Assembly: GCA_030665585.1 (NCBI GenBank)
Contig: DAOUZN010000002.1
Coordinates: 1 to 38,159 of the forward strand
Source: Deltaproteobacteria bacterium
GTDB taxonomy: Bacteria > Desulfobacterota > Desulfobacteria > Desulfobacterales > C00003060
Direction: 5' to 3'
DNA length: 38,159 bases
Part shown: piece by piece, positions 1-8,339 of the stretch
How positions within the stretch are numbered: position 1 is the stretch's first letter
Layout of the letters: each line of letters begins with the position of its first letter
Program-made: the position numbers and the translations under genes
The notes under the pieces: model-generated
Seen by the model: only the letters and a program-made list of their open reading frames with translations
Told to the model about the DNA's origin: nothing
Database searches by the model: none

Positions 1-10
1 TGTGAGCGAC

Positions 11-133
11 ATTGAGCATTTTGGGGAAAAAGAACTTGAGGTGTTCAGCGTTAAGAAATGCTAACTGTCTGAGGGTGTTAGCCCGAGTTTTAGCATTTTA
101 GCTGAACATCTTAAGTACGCCCAAAATGTTCAC
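11..133. repeat. Imperfect ~120-bp palindromic intergenic element
   Basis: Left arm (about 14-65: GAGCATTTTGGG..CTTGAGGTGTTCAGC..AAATGCTAAC) is the imperfect reverse complement of the right arm (about 78-131: GTTAGC..GCTGAACATCTTAAG..CCCAAAATGTTC). It lies at the window edge, so context is incomplete. Confidence 0.55.
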
Positions 134-248
134 GGAGCGAGAAAAATTGACTTTTTACGAGTCTGTCAGTCTTGAATTGAGGCAGAATGCTATTGCATTT
201 ACGGTTCTTTCCGTGGTAAAGAGCTGATCCATAATCCATGGGGAATAT

Positions 249-302
249 TTGAAGCTCCCTGTAGCAAGCTACAGGGAATCTTCCACCGTAAGGAACGCTG
301 AC
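249..302. repeat. Repeat module A; inverted copy at 4547-4600
   Basis: TTGAAGCTCCCTGTAGCAAGCTACAGGGAATCTTCCACCGTAAGGAACGCTGAC matches the reverse complement of 4547-4600 with 3 mismatches in 54 nt by eye. It contains its own hairpin (CCCTGTAGC/GCTACAGGG). Confidence 0.85.
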
Positions 303-317
303 CGGCTTGCTCCCCGC

Positions 318-403
318 AAGCCCCGTCCTTTAGGACGGAGTCGAGGGGAGCTATGAAAAAACTGTTTTTCTTCCTTACCGGGAAGCCCCGCCCTTTAGGG
401 CGG
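318..403. repeat. Two direct copies of a small hairpin module, AAGCCCCG(T/C)CCTTTAGG(A/G)CGG
   Basis: Copies at 318-338 and 383-403. Each forms a 6-bp stem with a TTTA loop. This stretch is absent from the inverted partner at 4449-4600. Confidence 0.7.
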
Positions 404-427
404 GAAAAGCTTCACTTTTTTTGGATA

Positions 428-514
428 CGCTCGCTAACCCCGCAGCCCCGCTGGAACGGGATCTACACTTCGTTCCGACAAGCTACGGGGAATGCGCTCG
501 CTTTTGCGGTTCAA
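428..514. repeat. Repeat module B; inverted copy at 4449-4535
   Basis: 87 nt (CGCTCGCTAACCCCGCAGCCCCGCTGGAACGGG...GCTTTTGCGGTTCAA) appear identical to the reverse complement of 4449-4535. This explains the identical 30-aa string (SLTPQPRWNGIYTSFRQATGNALAFAVQ) in track ORFs 353-1036(+) and 4308-4538(-). Confidence 0.9.
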
Positions 515-544
515 TTCAGACCTTTTTACAGACCACAGGCTGAG

Positions 545-1036
545 ATGTCAAACAAGGGCCAAAGATTCCCTCTCGGCAGTTCGATCGAGACCCCGCCGGA
601 TCTGGTCAAAGAGATCATCTATCAGATACGCCGGCTCATTCAGGCCAGAGAGCTCTACACCAAGGAGCTGAGCAAGAAGTATTCAGTGACGGACGCACAA
701 CTTAACTGTGTTGTGGCCTTACAGGAGTGTGGCCCTTTGCGCCCCTCCCAGATTGCAGGGGTTATTATGGTGAAGTCCAGCACGGTGACGGGGATCATTG
801 ACCGTCTGGAACAAAAAGGGCTCGTGGTTAGGTTGAGGAACTCTCCAGACCGCCGTGCGATTACCATCGAGTTAACAGAAGCGGGAAAGAAACTCGCCGA
901 TAACGCCCCACCCCCTATCCAACAGAAGATCATGGATGGTCTTAGAGAACTTCCCAGGGCCCACATTGAGCGTATCGTGGATGGCCTCACCATGCTTACC
1001 CATATGCTCGACGTCCAGGATCTCGAAGTTGAATAG
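545..1036 (+). CDS. MarR-family winged-helix transcriptional regulator
   Basis: The MarR-like core is LNCVVALQECGPLRPSQIAGVIMVKSSTVTGIIDRLEQKGLVVRLRNSPDRRAITIELTEAGKK. Start is set at ATG 545 (MSNKG...), because the upstream part of track ORF 353-1036 is translated repeat DNA. Confidence 0.8.
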   Translation: MSNKGQRFPLGSSIETPPDLVKEIIYQIRRLIQARELYTKELSKKYSVTDAQLNCVVALQECGPLRPSQIAGVIMVKSSTVTGIIDRLEQKGLVVRLRNSPDRRAITIELTEAGKKLADNAPPPIQQKIMDGLRELPRAHIERIVDGLTMLTHMLDVQDLEVE

Positions 1037-1258
1037 CCCTGCTGGCCTCCCAGATCACTGATCGCCAACTTGACCCCCCGATATTTCCAAGTGATACTAC
1101 ATAGTTGGGCAAGTGTCTGTTTTGAGCAAGACGTTCTGTTTGTAGAAACAACTTGACAAAAAACCAGTTGCAGTATACAAGTCACATTCAATTGCTTTCT
1201 ATTAGAAATATATTAGTATAAGAATTATTAACAAGAAACAGTTTGGCGGGCACTCGAA

Positions 1259-1936
1259 ATGAACACGTTGGAAATCAACCCGAGTTTGGAGGAAGATGAT
1301 CTGGCCAGGCTTTTTGGGGGCGGCAAATCCTCTGGTTTCTCTCGCGGTGTTGCCCTGAGAATCGATAAACTGAAAGGGATATTGAAGAAATTGCTGACAC
1401 CTGAGTTATGTTATCGAAAGGTGAATATAGATTCGATCAACAATGGCTCAGTCTGTCTTCAAGGAGGTCCGAGCTTTAAGAGTCCGAAGCTTTCAAGAAC
1501 GTTGAAGAGTTGTGAGACAATCATATGTTTCATTGCCACTATCGGTTGTCAGATCGAAAAGGAGATCAGACAACTTACTAGCAGAAATGGTTTGGCAGGG
1601 GCGTACATTCTCGATTCCATGGGCTCTGTAGCGGTAGAGAGCATGGCCGAGAAATTCCACAGACGTATGGAAAGCCAGTACAAGGCGCAAGAAAAGGGGG
1701 TTACCTTGCGTTTTAGTCCAGGATACTGTGATTGGCCCGTCACAGAGCAAAAGAAGCTCTTCAACGTGTTCGATTCCTCTCAACTTGGAGTTACCCTCTC
1801 AGATTCCTGTCTTATGCAACCCCGCAAGTCTATTTCGGGCGTGTTTGGTGTTACGCCTTCCAATGGAAAGACTCCCGGCCAGTACAATCCCTGTACCGAT
1901 TGCAAGAAATACGATTGTATCGCCAGAAGAGGCTAG
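1259..1936 (+). CDS. Methionine-synthase (MetH) activation-domain-like protein (Met_synt_B12 family)
   Basis: LRFSPGYCDWPVTEQKKLFNVFDSSQLGVTLSDSCLMQPRKSISGVFG matches the SAM-binding RxxPGY...LF...G..LTES..M.P..SVSG pattern of the MetH reactivation domain. It is a stand-alone 225-aa protein with a Cys-rich tail (CTDCKKYDC). Confidence 0.65.
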   Translation: MNTLEINPSLEEDDLARLFGGGKSSGFSRGVALRIDKLKGILKKLLTPELCYRKVNIDSINNGSVCLQGGPSFKSPKLSRTLKSCETIICFIATIGCQIEKEIRQLTSRNGLAGAYILDSMGSVAVESMAEKFHRRMESQYKAQEKGVTLRFSPGYCDWPVTEQKKLFNVFDSSQLGVTLSDSCLMQPRKSISGVFGVTPSNGKTPGQYNPCTDCKKYDCIARRG

Positions 1937-2002
1937 CTGCTAAACGCGAAGTCTCGGGGTCTGGCTGATGCTCCAGACGGAGAAGATGGGACTAGTTCAG
2001 GT

Positions 2003-3466
2003 ATGAAAACACGAAAAGGATTATCAGGGGGAAATTATAAACCCCTAAGCGATCAAGACATCGCAAGAATACACGAAACGAGCCTCAGGGTCTTCGCCGA
2101 GGTTGGTGTACAAGTGAATTTTGCTCCGGCAAGGGAGCTGTTTCGGGCTGCCGGTGCAGAGGTGGATGAGGCCAGCAGGGTTGTCAAGGTCCCTCCGGGT
2201 CTCGTGGAGGAACTGATCCACAAGGCGCCGCCTATGGTTCGCCTCTGCGGCCGGGAAGAAAACGGTGAGTTGGATTGTGAGATAGGTGGAAATGGGGTCT
2301 ATATGGGAACCGGCGGCACAGCTCTTAATGTACAAGACCCAGGATCGCAGGATTCCCGGAGAGCAACACTTCAAGACGTCGCGAATATGGCCCGCGTTGT
2401 AGATGCCTTGGACAATATCCACTTTTACATGCTCAATGTGTATCCGAACGATCTTCCTGGGGAAGAGGTGGATGTAAACCGCTTTGGGGCAGCTTTGAAC
2501 GCAACCCGAAAGCACGTGATGGGTGGAGTTTATACGCTTGAGGGCGTTAGAAACGTCATTAAGATGGCTGAGACGATCGCAGGATCTCCCGACAAGCTTA
2601 GAGAACGGCCATTCATATCCATGGTGACTTGCCTTATTAGTCCTTTCAAACTGGATGAGCAATATGCCCAACTTACCATGGAGGCAGCGCGCAACAGCAT
2701 CCCGGTGGTGGTGCCCACAGAACCTCTTTGTGGTGCAACAGCCCCAATCACCTTGGCCGGGAATCTTGTGGTTCAAAACGTGGACACGCTGTCCGGCGTC
2801 ATGTTGGCCCAACTCACTAATCCGGGCGCCCCTACACTGTATGGGTGCATATCTTCCATTACTGACCTGCGCGATATGAAGTATCTTTCTGGGGCCGTAG
2901 AAATGGGGTTGATGAATGCCGCTGCAGCGCAAATGGCGCAGTTCTACCTGCTTCCATACTACGCAACAGCGGGAATGTCCGATTCCAAGGTAAATGATGC
3001 CCAGGCAGGTTATGAATCAGCGATAACCAACCTGTTGGTTGCTCTTGCCGGGGGCAACTTGATCCATGATGCAGCCGGTTTTCTGGAATTCTGTATGACC
3101 GCCTCGTACGACAAGCTGGTCATCGACAATGAAATCATCGGCATGATCATGCGGGCCGTGGAAGGCATTCGAGTGGACAATGAAACCCTTGCTTTTGATT
3201 TGATTAAGAAAACAGGGCCTGGAGGACATTTCGTGTCTGCACGCCACACGCGGCGTCACATGCGTTCAGAGCAGTATCTGCCTGAGCTAAGCGACCGAGA
3301 AAACCGCAAGAAATGGGATGCAGAGGGCGCAAAGGATACTGCCGCCCGGGCTACCGAGAGAGTCGTTGAGATTCTAAACAACCCGGCAGAGCCGGCCATC
3401 CCATCAGATATTCGAGAACAGATAAGAAGAGAAATTCCGGGCTTGCGGTCCTTTGTCATGGATTGA
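2003..3466 (+). CDS. MttB-superfamily (trimethylamine methyltransferase-like) methyltransferase, non-pyrrolysine paralogue 1
   Basis: 487-aa uninterrupted ORF with a typical MttB-family N-terminus (LSDQDIARIHETSLRVFAEVGVQV) and length. There is no in-frame TAG. Confidence 0.8.
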   Translation: MKTRKGLSGGNYKPLSDQDIARIHETSLRVFAEVGVQVNFAPARELFRAAGAEVDEASRVVKVPPGLVEELIHKAPPMVRLCGREENGELDCEIGGNGVYMGTGGTALNVQDPGSQDSRRATLQDVANMARVVDALDNIHFYMLNVYPNDLPGEEVDVNRFGAALNATRKHVMGGVYTLEGVRNVIKMAETIAGSPDKLRERPFISMVTCLISPFKLDEQYAQLTMEAARNSIPVVVPTEPLCGATAPITLAGNLVVQNVDTLSGVMLAQLTNPGAPTLYGCISSITDLRDMKYLSGAVEMGLMNAAAAQMAQFYLLPYYATAGMSDSKVNDAQAGYESAITNLLVALAGGNLIHDAAGFLEFCMTASYDKLVIDNEIIGMIMRAVEGIRVDNETLAFDLIKKTGPGGHFVSARHTRRHMRSEQYLPELSDRENRKKWDAEGAKDTAARATERVVEILNNPAEPAIPSDIREQIRREIPGLRSFVMD

Positions 3467-3478
3467 GATTGATGATCT

Positions 3479-3614
3479 CGTAAAAAGTCATCAGGTGGAC
3501 GGCAAAGTAAAAAGCTCCAGATGCAAGGCGCGCAAATCTTGAGGAGTGAGGCGTACTTACGGTACGTCGCAACGACGAAAGATGAAGCGCAACGCCGCAG
3601 ATGGACTTTTTACG
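3479..3614. repeat. Small intergenic element with 11-bp terminal inverted repeats, CGTAAAAAGTC...GACTTTTTACG
   Basis: The arms at 3479-3489 and 3604-3614 are perfect reverse complements. The motif GACTTTTTACGA(G/A) also occurs at 149-160. Confidence 0.6.
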
Positions 3615-3642
3615 AAGCCGTCAAGATTGCAAGGGACGATCT

Positions 3643-4452
3643 ATGATCATTATTGGAGAGAAAATCAATGCTAGCCTGCCTGGCGTCAAGGCGATGATAA
3701 AGAAACGAGATGTGGCTGCGCTATTGGAACTGGCGAAAGCCCAAGCTGCGGCAGGGGCTAAATTCATTGATGTGAATGTGGCAACTGACACGGGTTCCCA
3801 TGACGACGAATTGCAGTCTATGAAATGGGCCGTTGAAACCATTCAGCAGCATATAGACACCCCTCTTTGTATTGACAGCGCAGACCCCGCGGTTCTCGAG
3901 GCAGGGCTGGAAGCGCGCCGTGGAAGGGCAACGCTTATCAACTCTGTCAAAGCCGACAACGAGCATCTGGCAGAGGTCGTGCCATTAGCCTATCATTATG
4001 AAAGCCTTCTTGTGGGCCTTGCCATGGACAAAACTGGCATTCCTAAGACAGTTGAGAAACGCCTCAAAGCCTGCGAGGAGATAGCAGGTGCCTGCGAAAT
4101 CCATAAGGTGCCCGTGGAAAGCATGTATTTTGACCCCTTGGTACTGCCGGTGAGTTCTGATGTGAAACAAGGGGTCGTGACCCTTGATACCCTTTCTGAG
4201 ATTAAGAAGCGATTCCCTGGAGCCAACACTGTGATGGGGCTTTCTAATGTATCATACGGGCTTCCCAAGCGTCCCAGACTCAACAGAGCCTTCTTGCACA
4301 TGGCCATTTATGCCGGCTTGGATGCCGCTATCATGGACCCCCTGGATGAAGAGCTGATGCTGGCGGTCAGGACAGGAGAAGCTTTGATGGGAAAGGATCG
4401 CTTTTGCAGACGGTATATGAGGGCCTTCCGAAAACAGGAGGCAGTTGTTTGA
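3643..4452 (+). CDS. Pterin-binding methyltransferase (methyl-corrinoid:tetrahydrofolate methyltransferase; MtrH / MetH pterin-domain type)
   Basis: MIIIGEKINAS...FIDVNV...PLCIDSADPAVLEAGLE...LINSV is a typical pterin-binding TIM-barrel signature. Start is set at ATG 3643, because the upstream part of the track ORF is repeat DNA. Confidence 0.75.
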   Translation: MIIIGEKINASLPGVKAMIKKRDVAALLELAKAQAAAGAKFIDVNVATDTGSHDDELQSMKWAVETIQQHIDTPLCIDSADPAVLEAGLEARRGRATLINSVKADNEHLAEVVPLAYHYESLLVGLAMDKTGIPKTVEKRLKACEEIAGACEIHKVPVESMYFDPLVLPVSSDVKQGVVTLDTLSEIKKRFPGANTVMGLSNVSYGLPKRPRLNRAFLHMAIYAGLDAAIMDPLDEELMLAVRTGEALMGKDRFCRRYMRAFRKQEAVV

Positions 4453-4600
4453 ACCGCAAAAGCGAGCGCATTCCCCGTAGCTTGTCGGAACGAAGTGTAG
4501 ATCCCGTTCCAGCGGGGCTGCGGGGTTAGCGAGCGCATCTAAGAAAGTCAGCGTTCCTTACGGTCGAAGATTCCCTGTGGCTTGCTGCAGGGAGCTTCAA
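4449..4600. repeat. Inverted partner of repeat modules B (4449-4535) and A (4547-4600)
   Basis: Reverse complement of 428-514 and 249-302, but contiguous, without the ~125-bp insert seen at 303-427. It overlaps the stop codon of the pterin-binding methyltransferase gene. Confidence 0.9.
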
Positions 4601-4640
4601 TCGTGATCGCTTGTAGGATTCATGATGCAAAAAGCGATCA

Positions 4641-6203
4641 ATGGAGAATCAAGTGAACGAATCATTTCGTGAAGGGGTGCTGGTCAAGCCGTATGAACGC
4701 TTGAACCAGGAGCAGATCGAACAGCTGAATAGTGCTTCTTTGCAGATATTGGCTGATCCCGGAGTCTGGTGTTACAACGAACGGGCGGCCGACCTCTTTA
4801 AGGCTCACGGAGCTTCTGTTTCCGAGGAGCCTCAGACACAGGGTGTGTGTTGGCGTGTCAGCTTTCCTCCAGGTCTCGTTACCGAAGCCGTGGCTCAAGC
4901 ACCTTCCCGGATTGTCATGGGGGCAAGAAATCCGCAAAACAAGCTGGTTCTCGATGCCCAGGTGCCCCGTGTGTATTTCGGTTCCGGCTCGGAGGCCAAT
5001 GTGTGGATCGAAACCCAAATGAGGGAATTTGTGAGCGTTGAAGAGCCTCAATTGAAACGCCAGATTCCTAGTTTTACGGAGGTCAGGGGGAATTCAACGC
5101 TCCTTTGCCGAGCTGCCAAACTGTGTGAACGACTGGACCATCTTGATTTCTTCATCCGGCCATTGAATATCCAGGACCCGGATGTGACGTCAGACAATCA
5201 CGATGTGAACAAATTCTTTGCAAGCCTGAACAACATTACCAAGCATGTACAAGCAGGACTCACAAGTCTGGACAGACTCGGTGATGTTGTCCGGATGGCT
5301 GAGATCATTGCCGGCGGCCCGGAAGAGCTGAGGGCAAACCCGATCATTTCCTTCATTGCATGCGTGTTTAAGAGCCCGCTTCAGATGGTTGATGAAACGG
5401 TGGAGAAGGTCTTCGGCATTGTGGATGTCGGTCTCCCTGTGGTCATTTCCTCTTCTCCCCAAGGGGGATCTTCGGCTCCTATTCAGGAAGCCGGCATGGT
5501 GGCCCAGATCAACGCAGAGATTCTAGTCGGCATTACCCTAACCCAATTGATCAAACCGGGGAGCCCCGTACTGTATGGAAGCGTGCCTGTGCGGGCACGG
5601 CTTGACGACCTACACGACCTGTATGGCTGTCCCGAATTCAATCAATATAATATAGATTGTGTGCAAATGGCGCGCTTTTATGACGTGCCCAGCTATTCTT
5701 CCGCAGGGGTCGGAGATGCCAAGATTCCGGGCATGCAAGCTATTTATGAAAAGCTGTTTACCCATCTGTATATTGCCCTGAGCGGCGCTCAGTATATCCA
5801 CTACGCGTTCGGACTCCTTGACCGGACCAATAGCTTCTGTCCGTTGCAGGCGGTGCTCGACAATGAGCAAATTGGGAAAATCAAACACTGTCTTCGAGCG
5901 CCCAAAGTGGACGGTTCCGCAGTAGATGATACCCTCAAAATGGTAAAGAAGGTCATGGCATCCCCTTATCGGCTGTATGCACGGCATGCCCGCAAGGCAA
6001 TGCATGCCGGTGACATCTCAGATCCCTATCGCTTTGAGGCCAAGGGTCTGGAAGACAAGGTCCTGGAGAACGCCCTGGTCTATATGAACCAATTGGAGGC
6101 TGAACCGGCACCTCATCTGGACCAAAAAACGGTAGATCGGATCTTTGATGAGATACCGGGGCTCCTGCCGGGGCTTAGGCAGTCTGCAGGGCTCGGCAGT
6201 TGA
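4641..6203 (+). CDS. MttB-superfamily methyltransferase, non-pyrrolysine paralogue 2
   Basis: 520-aa uninterrupted ORF. The N-terminus LNQEQIEQLNSASLQILADPGVWC and overall length fit the MttB family. It is clearly divergent from paralogue 1. Confidence 0.75.
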   Translation: MENQVNESFREGVLVKPYERLNQEQIEQLNSASLQILADPGVWCYNERAADLFKAHGASVSEEPQTQGVCWRVSFPPGLVTEAVAQAPSRIVMGARNPQNKLVLDAQVPRVYFGSGSEANVWIETQMREFVSVEEPQLKRQIPSFTEVRGNSTLLCRAAKLCERLDHLDFFIRPLNIQDPDVTSDNHDVNKFFASLNNITKHVQAGLTSLDRLGDVVRMAEIIAGGPEELRANPIISFIACVFKSPLQMVDETVEKVFGIVDVGLPVVISSSPQGGSSAPIQEAGMVAQINAEILVGITLTQLIKPGSPVLYGSVPVRARLDDLHDLYGCPEFNQYNIDCVQMARFYDVPSYSSAGVGDAKIPGMQAIYEKLFTHLYIALSGAQYIHYAFGLLDRTNSFCPLQAVLDNEQIGKIKHCLRAPKVDGSAVDDTLKMVKKVMASPYRLYARHARKAMHAGDISDPYRFEAKGLEDKVLENALVYMNQLEAEPAPHLDQKTVDRIFDEIPGLLPGLRQSAGLGS

Positions 6204-6305
6204 ACGTGTTTACACAAAGTCGAAAAGCCGGAACTTTCCCAAAACGCGGGGATGGAGGCCTTTTCTTGAAATGATATCAGTAATTCCAAGCAGGAGAAAT
6301 GGACA

Positions 6306-6989
6306 ATGGAAAAACAGGAACTCCCAGACGAAATCGCGTTTAATGTTATTCAAGGCAGAGTAGAGGCTGAAGACGAAGGGGTTGACGAGGGTTTGGAAGG
6401 ACAGCCCGCTGTAACCGAATTGGTCCATCAGGCCCTTGAACAAGGGCTGAACCCGAAATCGATTGTCTTGGAAGGTTTGACCAAGGCCATGGATGAGGTA
6501 GGGGAAAAGTTTGAAAAAGGGGAATACCTTATCCCGGACATGCTCGCCTCGGCCGAGTGTGTGGGGGCGGCAATGGATATCTTGACCCCTCATCTGCTCA
6601 AGGCAGGCGTGGAAAGCAAGGGTAAGTTTGTTATTGCAACCGTAGCTGGTGATCTTCACGATATAGGTAAGAATATCGTGGCCATCATGCTCAAGGGTGC
6701 GGGCTATGAAATCATTGATTTGGGGGCCGATGTCCCCTCAGGCCGGATCATCGACGCGGTAAAGGAGCACCAGGCCCCCTTTTTGGGGCTGTCAGCCTTG
6801 CTTACCACCACGATGCGCGTGATGGGAGACGTTATCGACAAACTCAAGGACGAAGGTATGCGAGATAAAGTGAAGGTGTTCATCGGTGGGGCTCCCACAT
6901 CTCCCGAGTTTGCCGATCAGATCGGTGCTAATGCCCACTGCGCAGACGCTTTCCAGGCCATTGACATATTAAAGACGATGGCTATTTGA
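6306..6989 (+). CDS. Corrinoid (cobalamin-binding) methyl-carrier protein
   Basis: DxHxxG B12-binding motif (GDLHDIGKNIV) followed by SALLTTTM and GGAP motifs. An N-terminal helical cap domain is present. 227 aa. Confidence 0.85.
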   Translation: MEKQELPDEIAFNVIQGRVEAEDEGVDEGLEGQPAVTELVHQALEQGLNPKSIVLEGLTKAMDEVGEKFEKGEYLIPDMLASAECVGAAMDILTPHLLKAGVESKGKFVIATVAGDLHDIGKNIVAIMLKGAGYEIIDLGADVPSGRIIDAVKEHQAPFLGLSALLTTTMRVMGDVIDKLKDEGMRDKVKVFIGGAPTSPEFADQIGANAHCADAFQAIDILKTMAI

Positions 6990-7056
6990 AGAATTTCGGA
7001 GTGAGTTCTAAACAAGTCCAGGTTGTTGAAACCCTTTCACGAGGAAGACTGGGATT

Positions 7057-8316
7057 ATGACAGAGAAGAAAGCTTACTCTCAAGCGGCGACCACAGGAAA
7101 ATACGACAAATCCACAGGGCTGTTGGGCAAATACGATAACGTGAGGAAGTTTTGGGAAGACCAGGTGACTGGTATCTTTTTGCGCCCCCCGTTAAGCGAA
7201 CTCGTGAAGCGAAAGAGGCAACGGCTTGAGCGGATTCGTATCCTGGACCTGGGTTGCGGCAGCGGCGACGGGTATGACCTGCTGACTGGTGTAACCACTA
7301 AAGATCCGGGCATATATGAATATATCACAGCCGCTCTCACCCCGGACATGGTCAGGGAATATGTGGGGGTTGACATCAATGAGGACCTGCTAAGTCAGGC
7401 CGCGTCCACATACGGTCATATCCCGAAGGTACATTTCGTCTGTGATGATATGTCAGAAGGCCTGCCTGCTGCCATGGTAGATGAAGAGCCCTTTGACGTC
7501 TATTTTACCTCTTTTGGTACACTTTCGCACTTTCACCACGATCAGAGCGTGAAATTGATCGCCGACATTTGCAAACATGCACCAGACGGCGCTATCTTCA
7601 TGGGGGATTGGTTGGGTCGATACTCCTACGAGTGGCAGGAACTGTGGCACCATCCGGCCGACAAGGAATACTTCATGGACTACCGGATTTCGTACATATA
7701 CCCAAATGAAGAACGGGACGATGCTGAGGTCGCTGTTTTCCCTCTCCGACTCGTGTCGCAAGACGAGGTCAGGGCCATGATAAAAGAAGCAGAAAAGGTC
7801 TCCGGCACAAAGATCAAGCCAATCATATTTTTTGATCGCTCGATCTTGATTGGAAGGCACATGGATACAGGAGACTACAACAAGAACTGTCCCAAGCTGA
7901 GGAGGGCCGTGAACTCGCTTTTCGAGAGTTACGTGCGAACGGACCTGGAGAGCCTTCTGGTGGACTACGTGCCCAGGCCAGGTTTTGATCACCTCAACAA
8001 TTTTTTTGAGATGCTTTTCATGTGTTCTAACGCCTTGGTCAAGTATACGATCAGCGTGCTCAGCCAGTACGACTCGCAAAATGGAGATCTGCATTCTGTT
8101 GATGATGTGCTCCCTTTCTACCCGGATCCACTCAAAGAGGCCATGCACTCCATGCGACGGGTGATTGAAGGCGTGGGTTGGCTCAAATGGGGAGATGTGC
8201 GAGCCAATGTCATAGAGGCACAGCTCGGATATTGCCTCCGAAAACTGGAGATGGATATTCAGCCCGGAAAAGGCATGGGTCATGGCCTTGTGGGAATATT
8301 TGAAATTCGCAAGTAA
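7057..8316 (+). CDS. Class I SAM-dependent methyltransferase with a large uncharacterised C-terminal region
   Basis: Motif I is ILDLGCGSGDG, followed by an acidic loop (VGVDIN) and FTSFGTLSHF. 419 aa, roughly the last 200 aa not recognised. It lies 67 bp downstream of the corrinoid protein gene. Confidence 0.7.
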   Translation: MTEKKAYSQAATTGKYDKSTGLLGKYDNVRKFWEDQVTGIFLRPPLSELVKRKRQRLERIRILDLGCGSGDGYDLLTGVTTKDPGIYEYITAALTPDMVREYVGVDINEDLLSQAASTYGHIPKVHFVCDDMSEGLPAAMVDEEPFDVYFTSFGTLSHFHHDQSVKLIADICKHAPDGAIFMGDWLGRYSYEWQELWHHPADKEYFMDYRISYIYPNEERDDAEVAVFPLRLVSQDEVRAMIKEAEKVSGTKIKPIIFFDRSILIGRHMDTGDYNKNCPKLRRAVNSLFESYVRTDLESLLVDYVPRPGFDHLNNFFEMLFMCSNALVKYTISVLSQYDSQNGDLHSVDDVLPFYPDPLKEAMHSMRRVIEGVGWLKWGDVRANVIEAQLGYCLRKLEMDIQPGKGMGHGLVGIFEIRK

Positions 8317-8339
8317 AAGATAAGGAAGGAGGAATTCAT

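Noticed and set aside
353-544. N-terminal extension of the MarR ORF (track ORF 353-1036), and ORF 4308-4538(-), which shares an identical 30-aa string with it
   Set aside because: The shared peptide is simply translation of inverted repeat module B. The MarR domain starts at ATG 545. ORF 4308-4538 is mostly antisense to the pterin methyltransferase gene and to repeat DNA.
2003-6203. Possible pyrrolysine (in-frame TAG) in the MttB-family genes
   Set aside because: Both ORFs are uninterrupted and full length (487 and 520 aa). No amber codon splits them and no pyl genes are seen, so they are non-Pyl family members.
655-8283. Long antisense ORFs overlapping confident genes (for example 655-1191(-), 2045-2932(-), 5610-6005(-), 6210-6659(-), 7453-8283(-))
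   Set aside because: These are shadow ORFs opposite well-supported CDSs. They have no recognisable motifs and low-complexity or Arg/Ser/Pro-rich compositions typical of antisense frames in moderately GC-rich DNA.
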